DNA of 56,059 bases from a virus (taxonomy: Duplodnaviria > Caudoviricetes). Below are positions 23,601 to 32,631 of this stretch, piece by piece. The position numbers were made by a program, and so were the translations under genes. Under the pieces are notes generated by a model. That model saw only the letters and a program-made list of their open reading frames with translations. It ran no database searches and was not told the DNA's origin. The number at the start of each line of letters is the position of its first letter. The stretch's first letter is position 1. The stretch is from positions 1 to 56,059 of IMG/VR virus record IMGVR_UViG_3300008262_000247; one strand, written 5' to 3'.

Positions 23601-26600
23601 GGATTGACTGATATTCCATTCTCTGCATTATCTCAAGAATTATTTAGAATTGCGAGCGGTTCGGTAACAGCTTCGGCATTACCAGATAGAGGATTTATTG
23701 TAGAAACTGGAAATTTAGGAGCTAGAATTAGTGGTTCATTATTTGTAAGTGGTGGATATGGTGGTGTTATACAAGCGGCTACCGGTTCTTGGTTTAGTGG
23801 TAGTGGTAGAGGTTTATTTGATATCCCAAGAAATGCATTAACTGAAGACGCATTACTTACAACTGAAATCAAATCAGGTTCGGTAACTGCTTCGGTTGAT
23901 CCTGATAGAGGATTTATTGTAAAATCGGTAGCAAGCGGTTCAGAATTTACTGGTTCTATTGATGTAAGTGGTAGTGTTAGTGTAATTAGTGGTTCTTACT
24001 TTATTGGTGATGGTAGATACCTTTCAAATATTACATTAGCTAATATAGCAATTGATTCAACAAAAATATTTAGTGGTTCTGCAACCGCATCAATTTCACC
24101 TGATGATGGATTTAATATAAACGTACAATCCACTTTGAGTGGTAGTTTGTATGTATATGCAACTGATAGAGAAACACCATCGTATTTAATTGATACCGTA
24201 TTTAATGTTTCAAATGATGGAAGTAGTGCATATACGTTTAGTGGTGCAGCGAATGGTTCAAATCCAATTATAACATTGGTTAGAGGTGTTGAATACACTT
24301 TTAATGTTAATGCTGGTGGACATCCTTTTTATATTAAATTCCAAAATTCAACCGGTACATCAAATATAGTTAGTGGAAGTATTACAAATAATGGTGTTGA
24401 TGTTGGGACATTAACATTTACTCCATATTCTGGTTCACCTGATACATTATTTTATAATTGTCAATACCATTCTTCAATGGCTGGACAAATTAATGTAGTA
24501 GATGCATTAATGTTACCTGCTGAAATTAAATTAGTAGGACCAACCGAAATTACGGGTAGTTTAAATACAACAGGTCCTATATCAGCATCAATGTTTAGTG
24601 GTAGCGGTAGAGGATTATTTGATATTCCTCGTTCTGCATTATCGGAAGAAGTATTCAGAATTGCAAGTGGTAGTGTAACAGCTTCGGTTACTCCAGAAAG
24701 AGGATTTTTAGTTGAATCATTAGAAAGTGGTTCTACCTTTAGCGGTAGTATCTTTATGGCTAGTGGTTCGTTTATCAGTTCATCTGGTAGATTGTTTTTT
24801 GATATACCTCGTTCTGCTCTTACTGAAGATGCGTTAATATCTGCGGAAATTAAATCTGGTTCGGTAACCGCTTCGGTAAGTCCAGTTGATGGATTTAAAG
24901 TATTGACACCATTTACATCTTCAATTGATGAATCTGGTTCATTTAGTACTCAAATAGCATCTCAATTCACCGGTTCAGTATCAATAAGTGGTAGCTTATA
25001 CTTAAATGACCCGAGTGGGGGCTTATTTATAGATTCCGCATCATTTATTTACGCAGAAGGTAGATTCTTAAGAAATATTCCTCGTTCATCTTTAACAGAT
25101 GATGCATTAATATCAACTGAAATTAAATCCGGTTCGGTAACTGCTTCTGTTTCTCCGGTTGATGGGTTCAGAGTAATAACTCCATTCACTGGTTCAGAAG
25201 TTGGTTCTCAATTCACTGGCTCAATTGAAGTTAGTGGAAGTATTAGAGCAACCGAATTCATTTATGGTGATGGTAGATATATTACAAATGTACAAGCGGC
25301 TGCAGCTCCATTGATAGCGAGTGGTAGTGCAACCGCATCAGTAGCAAGTGGTGAATCGTTTGTAGTAATAACTGCAAAAACTGGTTCTGCAGTAGGTTCT
25401 CAATTTACTGGATCAGTATCGGTTAGTGGTTCATTAACTGTGACAGATTTCTTCTATGGTGATGGTAGATATATCACAAATGTACAAGCGGCAGCGGCAC
25501 CATTCATTGGTAGTGGTTCTGCAACTGCATCTGTACAAAGTGGTGATACATTTATTGTAACAACTGGTGCAACTGGCTCCGCATATGGTTCCAGATTTAC
25601 TGGCTCTATTGATGTAAGTGGTAGTATAAAGGCATTTAGTTTTATAGGAGATGGTTCTCAACTTACAAACGTACAAGCGGCAGCAGCTCCATTAATTGCA
25701 AGTGGTTCTGCAACTGCATCGGTGCAAAGTGGAGATACGTTTAGAGTTATAACTTCTAAAACTGGCTCTGGCTTAACATATGATTATGGTTCGGAATTTA
25801 CTGGTTCTTTAATTGTAAGTGGTGCAATTTCGGCATCAATATTCATAGGTGATGGTGGTGGTTTATTTAATATCCCACCTGAAGCGATTGAAAATCTTGA
25901 ATTAGATAAAATTAATTCTGGTTCTGCAAGAGCAATAATTGACCCAACAACATTGGATGTAAACGTACCAATTACCGCGGCACTTTATCGTGGAGATGGT
26001 AGTGGATTATTTAATATCCCATTAGAAGCGTTAGAAGATTTACAATTGGATAGAATTCAATCGGGTTCTAAAGAAGCTGTAATCTCTCCAAACAAAGGAT
26101 TGGAAATAAATACATCAGTAAGAATATTTTCAGGCTCTTTATTTGTAAGTGGTGGTATATTTGTAACCGGCTCTGATGTTGTACTTCAATCTGGTAGTAC
26201 GTTTGTGGGTGATGGTAGTGGATTAAGAAATATCAATATTGCTAATTTATCATTTGAAACATTTATATTAAAGAGTGGTTCATTTACTGCATCAATTTCA
26301 CCGGATAAAGGATTTGTAGTTAATACATCTTCTTCAATTTGGGGAACTCTTTATGTTGGTGATAGTATTAAAGTACAAAATGATATTACATCTTCTCATA
26401 GAATACTTGCACCTTTATTTACCGGTTCATTCTTGGGCACATATAATTTCCAAGGAGTAGGACCTACTGCATCTGCAGAATATGATATTTTAAGATTTGA
26501 TGAAACTAGAGGATACTTTGTACCTCAACCTGAAACTTCATTAACTGAAACTGTATCATTTAATAATGTTAGTGATTTAACAATTGTACACAATTTAGGA

Positions 26601-29600
26601 ATTCGTTATCCAGTTGTGCAAGTTTACGCAACCGGTTCGGAAGACCAAATTATACCTGGTACTGTTAAATCAATTGATGAAGATACAATACAAATTAAAT
26701 TCGCAGGATTAACTTCTGGACATGTTGTAATTGGTAGTGGTGGTTCTTTAATCAATGGTACGATACCGGGTGATAGAGTATTTGGTACGGTTTTATCAGC
26801 ATCTTATGCAAGTAAAGCAGCATTAGCTGATGCTGTAACTGGATTTGATTCGGCATCATTATCGGCATTATCTGCATCTTTGGCAAACGCAAATGCATAT
26901 GTGAGAAATGACCAAACTGCATCAATGGCGGTGTTTAGAGCAGTAAGTTCTTCTTACGCATTAACTGCATCTTATGTAGAAAATTTAAGTGGATTAACTT
27001 TAACAGATTATGTAAGAAATGATGTTACTTCTTCAATGACAGTTTTAAGTGCATCTTATGCAGTTTCAACTTCATATGCAGCTTATGCAGCAAATGCGGC
27101 AAATGTTGATACATCTAACTTTGTATTAGCATCACAAACATCATCTATGTTAGTGGGTACTGCTTCATTGGCATTTACTGCGAGTGTAGCATTATTTGCA
27201 CTAAATGCAGCGAACACCGATACCGCATCATTCTTACAAATTAATAAAGACCAAACAATAAATGCTAGTTTATCTATTAGTGGTAGTTTAACTGTTACTG
27301 GTAGTATTACCGCTGTTAGTGATTTAAAAATAAATGCATTACAAAGTGGTTCATCTGAAGATGTAGTTGTTTGGAATAGTGTAACTAAGCGATTAGAAAA
27401 AAGAAATATAGCAGCCGCAGTTGGTTCATCTGGTACTGCAGGTACATCTGGTAAAGATGGCTCCGGTGGTACATCTGGAACAAGTGGCACGAGTGGCACA
27501 TCTGGTAGTGGTGGCACATCTGGAACTTCTGGAACTTCTGGTACTAGTGGACAAGACGGAACATCTGGTTCTTCTGGAAGTTCTGGTACATCTGGTAGTG
27601 GAGGCACATCTGGAACTTCAGGTACATCGGGTACGAGTGGCACGAGTGGCACATCTGGAAGTTCTGGAAGTAGTGGTACATCTGGTTCATCTGGAAGCTC
27701 AGGTTCATCTGGAAGTTCAGGAACAACCGGTTCAAGCGGTACATCTGGTTCATCTGGAAGCTCCGGCTCATCTGGTAGTAGTGGAAGTTCCGGTACATCC
27801 GGGTCATCCGGAAGTTCAGGAAGTTCAGGAACATCTGGTTCATCTGGTTCATCTGGAAGCAGTGGAAGTAGTGGAAGTTCCGGCTCATCTGGAAGCAGTG
27901 GAAGCTCTGGTTCATCTGGTACTACCGGCTCATCTGGAAGTAGTGGTACATCTGGTACATCCGGGTCATCTGGAAGTGGTGGTTCATCTGGTAGTAGTGG
28001 AAGTTCCGGTTCATCTGGAACAAGAGGTTCTGCAGGTTCATCAGGAAGTTCAGGTACATCTGGTTCCTCTGGTTCATCAGGAAGTAGTGGAAGTAGTGGA
28101 AGTTCTGGTTCATCTGGTACCGGTGGAACAGGTGGTTCATCGGGTAGTTCAGGAACTTCAGGAGAAAGTGGTTCTGCAGGTTCATCGGGTTCTTCTGGTT
28201 CATCTGGTACAAGCGGCAGCTCTGGAACATCTGGAACATCAGGTACGAGTGGACAAGCCGGCAGTAGTGGAACATCTGGTTCTTCTGGAACATCTGGTTC
28301 ATCTGGAAGTAGTGGCACATCCGGCACAAGTGGCACGAGTGGCACATCCGGGTCATCTGGTACATCTGGTACATCTGGTTCATCCGGAAAAGATGGTACT
28401 TCTGGTACTTCAGGTTCTTCTGGAAGTAGTGGTACAAGCGGCAGCTCTGGAACATCTGGAACAAGTGGCACGAGCGGCACATCTGGAACATCTGGTTCTT
28501 CTGGTTCATCTGGAAGTAGTGGAAGTTCTGGAACAACTGGTTCATCGGGAACATCAGGAAGCTCTGGTTCATCTGGTACATCTGGTACTGATGGCACATC
28601 TGGTTCATCTGGTACGAGTGGCACATCGGGAACATCTGGTACAACCGGTTCATCGGGAAGTTCTGGTTCATCTGGAACATCTGGTAAAGATGGAACATCC
28701 GGGTCATCTGGAAGTAGTGGAAGTAGTGGCTCATCTGGTACAACGGGAACATCTGGTACAACCGGTTCATCTGGAAGTAGTGGAAGCAGTGGCACATCTG
28801 GTTCCGATGGCACATCCGGAAGTAGTGGAAGTTCTGGTTCATCTGGTACAACTGGTTCATCTGGTACAACCGGTTCATCTGGAAGTAGTGGAAGTTCGGG
28901 AGAAGATGGAACATCTGGTACAAGTGGGTCTGATGGCACATCTGGAACAGGAGGCTCATCGGGTTCTTCTGGTACAACTGGTTCTTCTGGTACAACTGGT
29001 TCATCAGGAAGTTCTGGAACTAGTGGAAAAGATGGCACATCAGGAACTTCAGGAAGTAGTGGTAAAGATGGCACATCCGGTTCATCTGGTACAACCGGGT
29101 CAGCAGGTACTTCTGGTACATCTGGAACAGGTTCATCTGGAACTTCAGGAAGTAGTGGTGAAGACGGTTCATCGGGTACATCAGGTACATCTGGTAGTAA
29201 TGGCACATCCGGTAGCAGCGGAAGTAGCGGCAGCTCTGGTTCATCTGGAACATCTGGTAAAGATGGTACTTACTTTGGTTCATCGGGTTCATCTGGAAAA
29301 GATGGCACTTCGGGAACATCTGGCTCATCTGGAAGCACAGGTAGTGCAGGAACGGCCGGCACATCTGGAACATCTGGTAAAGATGGTACTTACTTTGGTT
29401 CATCAGGTACATCTGGTAAAGAAGGTACTTCGGGTACTTCTGGTTCATCTGGTTCGGCTGGTTCATCTGGAACTTCAGGAACATCTGGAAGTAGTGGTAA
29501 AGATGGTACATTCTTTGGTTCATCAGGTACATCAGGTGCATCTGGAACATCCGGTTCATCTGGAAGTAGTGGTACGAGTGGCAGCTCTGGTTCATCTGGA

Positions 29601-30929
29601 ACATCTGGTAAAGATGGTACATTCTTTGGTTCATCGGGAACTTCAGGAAGTTCTGGAACATCGGGTACATCTGGTAGCGGTGGCTCATCTGGTACAACTG
29701 GTAGTGCGGGCACATCGGGTAGTGGTGGTTCATCCGGAACTTCAGGAACATCTGGTAAAGATGGTACATTCTTTGGTAGTTCTGGTAAGGATGGTACTAA
29801 TGGTAGCGGTGGCACGGCAGGTACATCTGGTTCATCTGGTAGTAGTGGAAGCTCTGGAACATCTGGTTCATCTGGCACATCGGGTAAAGATGGTACTTTA
29901 TTTGGTTCATCGGGTAGTTCAGGAATTTCTGGAACTGCTGGTTCATCTGGTTCTTCTGGACAAAGTGGAAGCTCTGGTACATCTGGCACATCGGGTAAAG
30001 ATGGTACTTTATTTGGCTCATCCGGTTCATCCGGTACAACAGGCTCTTCTGGTTCATCGGGAGTAAGTGGAAGTTCTGGAAGTAGTGGAAGCTCTGGTAC
30101 ATCTGGCACATCGGGTAAAGATGGTACTTTATTTGGAAGTTCTGGAAGTAGTGGAACGAGTGGTGGAATAGGACCTCAGGGTTCGGCAGGTACATCTGGT
30201 TCATCCGGTACATCTGCACCTGGATTTAGTTCGGGTACATCCGGTGCATCGGGTACATCGGGTTCTTCCGGTACATCTTTTTATGGTGTAACTTCTGGTT
30301 CTTCTGGTACATCCGGTGTTAGTGGTTCATCTGGTACATCTGCACCTGGAATAACTTCTGGTACTTCTGGTTTCTCTGGTACTTCTGGTACATCTGCACC
30401 TGGATTTAGTTCCGGTACATCTGGTACAAATGGAGCACCTGGTAGTAGTGGTAGTTCTGGATTTGCATCAATTAGTGGTACAACTGATAATGGTGTGATA
30501 ACTTTAGAAGGTACATCTCCAAATGTAAGAGCTGAAAGTAATTTAACATTTGATGGAACATTATTAAGTATAACTGGTAATCTAACCAATAGTGGATATA
30601 TTACATCAACAACATTCAGAGAAACCTATTCTGATTTGGGAACTGGTGGAAGTGCAACTTTAGACCTTGCAACAGCTAATAACTTCAGAAGACAATTTAA
30701 TGGAGCGGCAACATTAACATTTAGTAATCCACCTGCATCAAACGCATTTGGATTCACATTGAGTGTTGTAAATGCAGGAGCATATTCAATAACATGGCCA
30801 AATAGTGTAGATTGGCCTGGCGGAAGTGCACCAATCCTTACATCAGCTGGAGTAGATGTTCTAACATTCTTTACATTTAATGGTGGTACAACATATTACG
30901 GATTTATTGTAGGAAAAAATATAAGTTAA
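20634..30929 (+). CDS. Giant fibre protein: ~22 SGSVTAS repeats, two cupredoxin-like domains, ~1,000-aa Gly-X-Ser tract and C-terminal domain
   Basis: 3431-aa ORF with directly visible repeats. The C-terminal ITWPNSVDWPGGSAP.LT..GVDVLTF...GGTTYYG motif is typical of phage fibre tips. Confidence 0.88.
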   Translation: MAKSNLLSNRVKPVSPKNVSADRYQFLDISQAEPNLGVPNFSASLSGSPAIVVSDDQGNRGFVRSLDLDRVTGQFTGSFTGSAESLSGSFTGSYTGSFSGSYFGDGKGLFNLPAATFIASGSSTASFIDNDLDINTNTKIHGNLYVDDAIYAEQIIVTYVSSSVIYSSGSNIFGDEDSDIQQFTGSVRIQSELIGNNITGSSFTGSFTGSFFGDGANLFNLPQATKLASGSVTASVSPNEGFKVISIDSGSSFTGSLFVSGNVTIPSGSGYFSGSGEGLFNIPLSALNIDSLVATRIASGSVTASVSPTEGFKVQSLQSGSQFTGSVFVSGSLIAIYSGSFSGSGDKLFNIPRSALTPDALESDRIASGSVTASVSNAGFVVNSANSGSFFTGSVRISGSLTANGVSVRSGSFFSGSGRDLFDIPRSALTPDALDSTRIATGSVTASVSPEFGFRVQSTISGSQFTGSLLVSGNVELYTGSFSGSGKNLREIPKSAISDLDTSLIFSGSATASINPVKGFNVNIFSQFTGSMVVSASNFIIPTSSLDKTFYVTNNGASAYTFSGAASGSNPTITLVRGVTYTFDVNATGHPFYIKTVQTTGPASAYNVGVTNNGDDSGLIIFAVQNDAPPTLYYNCQFHSEMAGVINVVDNIIRPSEIKFIGDTTISGSLALKGDDVIDSGFQEGQTVGAYIDGNIHLKSGSYFSGSGKYIFDISLSNLTGDAFRIASGSVTASVSPTQGFKVEALNVGSQFTGSVNISGSLTASLGVNGYKFVGTEFSGSSFSGSFEGDGSRLRNVPSVESAKIVSGSVTASVSPVYGFKVESAEFGSEFTGSIKLSSGSSFSGSGRNLFDIPESALSFAPYRIASGSVTASVAPNRGFRVESWEYGSEFTGSLIVSGTLGIRVASGSSFSGSGRNLFDIPRSAISDLDTSLIFSGSATASISPNKGLLVNTGVTIGGYLFTTGSATFYGTSRFTSGVSASVFSGSGAGLTDIPFSALSQELFRIASGSVTASALPDRGFIVETGNLGARISGSLFVSGGYGGVIQAATGSWFSGSGRGLFDIPRNALTEDALLTTEIKSGSVTASVDPDRGFIVKSVASGSEFTGSIDVSGSVSVISGSYFIGDGRYLSNITLANIAIDSTKIFSGSATASISPDDGFNINVQSTLSGSLYVYATDRETPSYLIDTVFNVSNDGSSAYTFSGAANGSNPIITLVRGVEYTFNVNAGGHPFYIKFQNSTGTSNIVSGSITNNGVDVGTLTFTPYSGSPDTLFYNCQYHSSMAGQINVVDALMLPAEIKLVGPTEITGSLNTTGPISASMFSGSGRGLFDIPRSALSEEVFRIASGSVTASVTPERGFLVESLESGSTFSGSIFMASGSFISSSGRLFFDIPRSALTEDALISAEIKSGSVTASVSPVDGFKVLTPFTSSIDESGSFSTQIASQFTGSVSISGSLYLNDPSGGLFIDSASFIYAEGRFLRNIPRSSLTDDALISTEIKSGSVTASVSPVDGFRVITPFTGSEVGSQFTGSIEVSGSIRATEFIYGDGRYITNVQAAAAPLIASGSATASVASGESFVVITAKTGSAVGSQFTGSVSVSGSLTVTDFFYGDGRYITNVQAAAAPFIGSGSATASVQSGDTFIVTTGATGSAYGSRFTGSIDVSGSIKAFSFIGDGSQLTNVQAAAAPLIASGSATASVQSGDTFRVITSKTGSGLTYDYGSEFTGSLIVSGAISASIFIGDGGGLFNIPPEAIENLELDKINSGSARAIIDPTTLDVNVPITAALYRGDGSGLFNIPLEALEDLQLDRIQSGSKEAVISPNKGLEINTSVRIFSGSLFVSGGIFVTGSDVVLQSGSTFVGDGSGLRNINIANLSFETFILKSGSFTASISPDKGFVVNTSSSIWGTLYVGDSIKVQNDITSSHRILAPLFTGSFLGTYNFQGVGPTASAEYDILRFDETRGYFVPQPETSLTETVSFNNVSDLTIVHNLGIRYPVVQVYATGSEDQIIPGTVKSIDEDTIQIKFAGLTSGHVVIGSGGSLINGTIPGDRVFGTVLSASYASKAALADAVTGFDSASLSALSASLANANAYVRNDQTASMAVFRAVSSSYALTASYVENLSGLTLTDYVRNDVTSSMTVLSASYAVSTSYAAYAANAANVDTSNFVLASQTSSMLVGTASLAFTASVALFALNAANTDTASFLQINKDQTINASLSISGSLTVTGSITAVSDLKINALQSGSSEDVVVWNSVTKRLEKRNIAAAVGSSGTAGTSGKDGSGGTSGTSGTSGTSGSGGTSGTSGTSGTSGQDGTSGSSGSSGTSGSGGTSGTSGTSGTSGTSGTSGSSGSSGTSGSSGSSGSSGSSGTTGSSGTSGSSGSSGSSGSSGSSGTSGSSGSSGSSGTSGSSGSSGSSGSSGSSGSSGSSGSSGSSGTTGSSGSSGTSGTSGSSGSGGSSGSSGSSGSSGTRGSAGSSGSSGTSGSSGSSGSSGSSGSSGSSGTGGTGGSSGSSGTSGESGSAGSSGSSGSSGTSGSSGTSGTSGTSGQAGSSGTSGSSGTSGSSGSSGTSGTSGTSGTSGSSGTSGTSGSSGKDGTSGTSGSSGSSGTSGSSGTSGTSGTSGTSGTSGSSGSSGSSGSSGTTGSSGTSGSSGSSGTSGTDGTSGSSGTSGTSGTSGTTGSSGSSGSSGTSGKDGTSGSSGSSGSSGSSGTTGTSGTTGSSGSSGSSGTSGSDGTSGSSGSSGSSGTTGSSGTTGSSGSSGSSGEDGTSGTSGSDGTSGTGGSSGSSGTTGSSGTTGSSGSSGTSGKDGTSGTSGSSGKDGTSGSSGTTGSAGTSGTSGTGSSGTSGSSGEDGSSGTSGTSGSNGTSGSSGSSGSSGSSGTSGKDGTYFGSSGSSGKDGTSGTSGSSGSTGSAGTAGTSGTSGKDGTYFGSSGTSGKEGTSGTSGSSGSAGSSGTSGTSGSSGKDGTFFGSSGTSGASGTSGSSGSSGTSGSSGSSGTSGKDGTFFGSSGTSGSSGTSGTSGSGGSSGTTGSAGTSGSGGSSGTSGTSGKDGTFFGSSGKDGTNGSGGTAGTSGSSGSSGSSGTSGSSGTSGKDGTLFGSSGSSGISGTAGSSGSSGQSGSSGTSGTSGKDGTLFGSSGSSGTTGSSGSSGVSGSSGSSGSSGTSGTSGKDGTLFGSSGSSGTSGGIGPQGSAGTSGSSGTSAPGFSSGTSGASGTSGSSGTSFYGVTSGSSGTSGVSGSSGTSAPGITSGTSGFSGTSGTSAPGFSSGTSGTNGAPGSSGSSGFASISGTTDNGVITLEGTSPNVRAESNLTFDGTLLSITGNLTNSGYITSTTFRETYSDLGTGGSATLDLATANNFRRQFNGAATLTFSNPPASNAFGFTLSVVNAGAYSITWPNSVDWPGGSAPILTSAGVDVLTFFTFNGGTTYYGFIVGKNIS
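20930..26330 (+). repeat. About 22 repeats of ~60-90 aa (FSGSGxxLFDIPxSAL...RIASGSVTASVSPxxGFxV...GSxFTGS)
   Basis: Repeated IASGSVTAS/IFSGSATAS/IKSGSVTAS motif throughout the translation. Confidence 0.9.
27420..30460 (+). repeat. Gly-X-Y triplet tract (GSS/GTS), ~1,000 aa
   Basis: Near-continuous GSSGTSGSS. DNA is a degenerate 9-nt repeat (e.g. GGTTCATCT, GGAAGTAGT, GGTACATCT). Confidence 0.97.
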
Positions 30930-30940
30930 TAATTAAAGTT

Positions 30941-31840
30941 ATGAGTATAGCAAGAAAATTGATACCTTCGGATTCTTCGCAAGTATATCCGTTTGTTTTT
31001 AAAATTACAACAACAACCGCTAATACGGTATTTACCGTTCCTTTGGTTGATTATGCTGGATTAACACCTAGTTTAAATATTTCTTGGGGTGATGGTAATA
31101 CATCTCCATTGATAACTTCTTCTACCGATGTTAATAGGGTGCATAATTATGTATCACCTGGTACATATACAATTACTATAAGTGGGTTTATGCCAGGATT
31201 CAAAGTAAATAATAATACATCAATTAGAAGTTTAATTACCGAATTAGTTCAATGGGGAATTGTTGGTTTGAGAACAATAGATTTTTATGGATGCATAAAT
31301 TTAACAGCAATACCAGGTAGTGCATCATTGAGTGGAGTTGGTGGTTATACTGGATTAGCGGAAGTTACCGTATTTACATCAACATTCAGAGGTACGGGAA
31401 TAACATCTATTCCAGCTGACCTTTTTGATTATTCTCCAAATGCAACAACAATTACGGATACGTTTACAAATACTACAATTACATCTATACCATCAGGATT
31501 ATTTGATAATGTAGTTAATGTAACAAACTTTTCTTCTTGTTTTAGTGGATGTACCTCTTTATCAACTGTACCTGCAACATTATTTGATTTAAATGTAAAT
31601 GTTGTAAACTTTTCTAGTACTTTTAGAAATTGTTTATCCATAACAAGTCCATTGCAATTTACATATAATACTGCTGTTACAAGTTTTAATAATTTGTATA
31701 ACATGTCAACATCTGCAAATGCTATGACAGGTACTGCACCTGAATTATGGAATAGAGTACCTGCACCGGCCGGAACTGATGCATTTAGAAACTGTTTAAA
31801 TTTAACAAACTACGCTTCTATACCAACTATATGGAAATAA
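30941..31840 (+). CDS. PKD-like domain plus BspA/DUF285-type LRR-like protein (putative receptor-binding protein)
   Basis: ISWGDG...HNYVSPGTYTITISG (PKD). Repeats ITSIPADLF, ITSIPSGLFDN, FSSCFSGCTSLSTVP, FRNCLNL. Confidence 0.72.
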   Translation: MSIARKLIPSDSSQVYPFVFKITTTTANTVFTVPLVDYAGLTPSLNISWGDGNTSPLITSSTDVNRVHNYVSPGTYTITISGFMPGFKVNNNTSIRSLITELVQWGIVGLRTIDFYGCINLTAIPGSASLSGVGGYTGLAEVTVFTSTFRGTGITSIPADLFDYSPNATTITDTFTNTTITSIPSGLFDNVVNVTNFSSCFSGCTSLSTVPATLFDLNVNVVNFSSTFRNCLSITSPLQFTYNTAVTSFNNLYNMSTSANAMTGTAPELWNRVPAPAGTDAFRNCLNLTNYASIPTIWK

Positions 31841-31847
31841 TAAGATT

Positions 31848-32291
31848 ATGTATTTAAGAATTATAAATAACGAAATAGATTATCCATACTCTTTGCAAAA
31901 ATTGAGAGAAGATAATCCTAATATAAGTTTCCCATCTGAAATGACAGAAAGTTTAATGGGGGAATGGAATATTCATGAAGTTAGACATACTCCAAAACCA
32001 AACGATTATACAAAAAATATTTACGAAGGAACACCAATATTAATAGAGGGTGTTTATTATCAAAATTGGGAAAATACAAACGCAACCGAATCAGAAATAA
32101 ATTTGAGAATAGCTGGAAAGTGGGAAGAAGTTAGACAAACTAGAAATGAATTACTATTAGAATGTGATTGGACACAATTATCTGATATTCCACAGTCCGT
32201 TAAAGATGAGTGGAGTTCTTATAGACAAGAATTAAGGGATATTACATCACAGAGTAATCCATACAATATTATTTGGCCTAACAAACCCTAA
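31848..32291 (+). CDS. Tail fibre assembly chaperone-like protein
   Basis: VRQTRNELLLECDWTQLSD...WSSYRQELRDIT...IIWPNKP motif. Confidence 0.75.
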   Translation: MYLRIINNEIDYPYSLQKLREDNPNISFPSEMTESLMGEWNIHEVRHTPKPNDYTKNIYEGTPILIEGVYYQNWENTNATESEINLRIAGKWEEVRQTRNELLLECDWTQLSDIPQSVKDEWSSYRQELRDITSQSNPYNIIWPNKP

Positions 32292-32304
32292 AAGGATAAA
32301 AGTT

Positions 32305-32313
32305 ATATTTATA
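32305..32313 (+). promoter_or_regulatory. ATATTTATA putative late promoter
   Basis: Recurring motif upstream of ATG 32339. Confidence 0.6.
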
Positions 32314-32338
32314 CCTATAACTAAAGGAATTGATATAA

Positions 32339-32620
32339 ATGGTAATTCATAATCCTATATTTTCTGGTTCTATTTCACAAGATAGAAACTTTGCATACGC
32401 AGATTTAAGCGGCTCGTTTACGGGTTCTCTGACAGGGTCTTTTAAAGGTACAATTGATGTTCAACAGGCATCTTTTGATATTTTAAATGTAAATGAAAGA
32501 TTAAAAGTTACTGGTTCTATGCAAATGACCGGTTCTATTAATTTAAGGAATGGTGGATATTTAGTAGAAGGAGTAAATGTTTTAGATACCGCTTTAGCAT
32601 ATGCTATAGCATTGGGATAA
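32339..32620 (+). CDS. Small virion protein
   Basis: SGSFTGSLTGSF repeats and a C-terminal ALAYAIALG motif common in T4-like fibre modules. Confidence 0.6.
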   Translation: MVIHNPIFSGSISQDRNFAYADLSGSFTGSLTGSFKGTIDVQQASFDILNVNERLKVTGSMQMTGSINLRNGGYLVEGVNVLDTALAYAIALG

Positions 32621-32631
32621 AATAAAAATAA

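Noticed and set aside
27083-30589. Long minus-strand PDEP/PDVP ORFs and alternative-frame VHLE and MNQMF ORFs
   Set aside because: Shadows of the GSS/GTS codon repeat, which lacks stops in other frames. No independent start or promoter evidence.
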